Under the pieces are notes generated by a model. It made no database searches. It was not told the origin of the DNA and worked only from the letters and a program-made list of their open reading frames with translations. Source: Squalus acanthias (lineage: Eukaryota). Taken from it: DNA of 64,000 nt. How positions within the stretch are numbered: the stretch's first letter is position 1; each line of letters opens with the position of its first letter. The stretch spans positions 63,550,001 through 63,614,000 of the forward strand of contig CM059439.1 in NCBI GenBank assembly GCA_030390025.1, written 5' to 3'. The translations under genes and the position numbers were made by a program. Of the stretch, positions 62,487 through 64,000 are shown piece by piece.

Positions 62487-62995
62487 ACCATTAAACACCT
62501 AGTTGAGATGGAGACGGCCTCACCTGATATCAGTGCAAAGAGGAAACATATTCACTGTTGTCCCCATTTTGATGAGCCCTAAAGGTACTAATATATAGGA
62601 GAAATATATGTCTATATAAATGTGTACCAACATAAACAATAACTGTCAGAGAGCTTTCCAGTGGTCCCTAGAAAATTAATTATTCAATGCTGTGCCAAAG
62701 CAAATCTCTGTGTGAGTGCAAGGGCTCAATGAGGGAGATACACAGCAAGGTTCGGTACTGTTTAGCTTCTATTTGTTGTCAAAATCGGACAAGTAGGCGC
62801 ACAAAACAATCTGTGCTCTTTAATCAAGTTTATCACTTGTTGAGACGGGACACTGCTTGCACGGAAACCAAAGAAAACAACTCCCCAAATATCAAAGCTG
62901 TCTTTTTTTTGATATATTGGCTGTTGGCTCTCTCGGCAGTCTGTTACAGATCTGAATGTAAATATTGTCTCATAGATGCGGTATGATATTTGTTT

Positions 62996-64000
62996 CATAG
63001 GAACATGAGTAGGCCATTCAGCCCCTCGAGCCTGTTCCGCCATTCAATGAGATCATGGCTGATCTGCGACCTAACTCCATATACCTGCCTTTGGCCCATA
63101 TCCCTTAATACCTTTGGTTAACAAAAAGCTATCAATCTCAGATTTAAAATTAACAATTGATCTTGCACCAATTGTCATTTGCGGAAGAGAGTTCCAAACT
63201 TCTACCACCCTTTGTGTGTAGAAGTGTTTCCTAATCTCACTCCTGAAAGGTCTGGCTCTAATTTTTAGACTATGCCCCCTAGTCCTAGAATCCCCAACCA
63301 GCGGAAATAGTTTTTCTCTATCGACCCTATCTATTCCCCTTAATATCTTGAAAACTTCGATCAGATCACCCCTTAACCTTCTAAATTCTAGGGAATACAA
63401 CCCTAATTTGTGTAATCTCTCCTCCTAACTTAACCCTTCAAGTCCGGGTATCATTCTGGTAAACCTATGCTGCACTCCCTCCAAGGCCAATATATCCTTC
63501 ATAAGGTGTGGTACCCAGAACTGCTCAAAGTACTCCAGGTGTGGTCTAACCAGGGTTTTGTATAGCTGCAGCATAACCTCTACCCCCTTGTATTCTAGTT
63601 CTCTAGGTATAAAGGCCAACATTCCATTAGCCTTTTTGATTATTTTCTGTACCTGTTCATGACATTTTAATGATCTATGAACCTGGACCCCCAAGTCCCT
63701 TTGGACCTCCACTGTTTTTAGCTTTTCACCATTTAGAAAGTACCCTGTTCTATCTTTTTTAGGTCTAAAGTGGATGGCCTCACATTTGCTTACATTGAAA
63801 TCCATTTGCCACAGTTTTTCCCATTCACTTAATCTATCGATATCCCTTTGTAATTTTATGCTTTCACCCACACTGCCTACAATGCCGCCTATCTTTGTGT
63901 CATCTGCAAATCTGGATATATGACTTTCTATGCCATCATCTAAGTCGTTAATAAATACGATGAATAGTTGAGGCCCCAACACAGATCCCTGCGGGACATC
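62996..64000 (-). mobile_element. CR1 LINE 3' portion (runs off the window)
   Basis: [38 protein letters not shown]1 tail. Confidence 0.92.

Overview
Eukaryotic vertebrate genomic DNA, almost certainly a cartilaginous fish (shark): it carries HE1-type V-SINE, SacSINE1-like Deu-SINEs and HER1-like CR1 LINEs. Two spliced host genes converge, as in the human 1p32 locus. TCEANC2 is on + (4 coding exons, 8494-15049, 203 aa, CpG/NRF1 promoter). CDCP2 is on - (6 coding exons, 54777-32015, 539 aa: signal peptide, 3 CUB, ZP-N-like segment, C-terminal TM). Most of the remainder is transposon-derived: CR1, L2 and RTE LINEs, SINEs, PIF/Harbinger elements and MITEs, a hAT MITE, probable solo LTRs and Penelope-like elements. 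The most notable structures are: (1) a near full-length Neptune-type Penelope element whose two terminal repeats each carry a minimal hammerhead ribozyme, plus a family of short TSD-flanked non-autonomous or fold-back derivatives of the ribozyme-bearing end; (2) a four-level nested transposon stack in CDCP2 intron 2; (3) a templated inverted insertion in a Harbinger Myb gene. Most ORFs in the supplied track are repeat artefacts. Repeat boundaries without TSD/TIR support are approximate, and family names rest on recalled motifs, not database searches.
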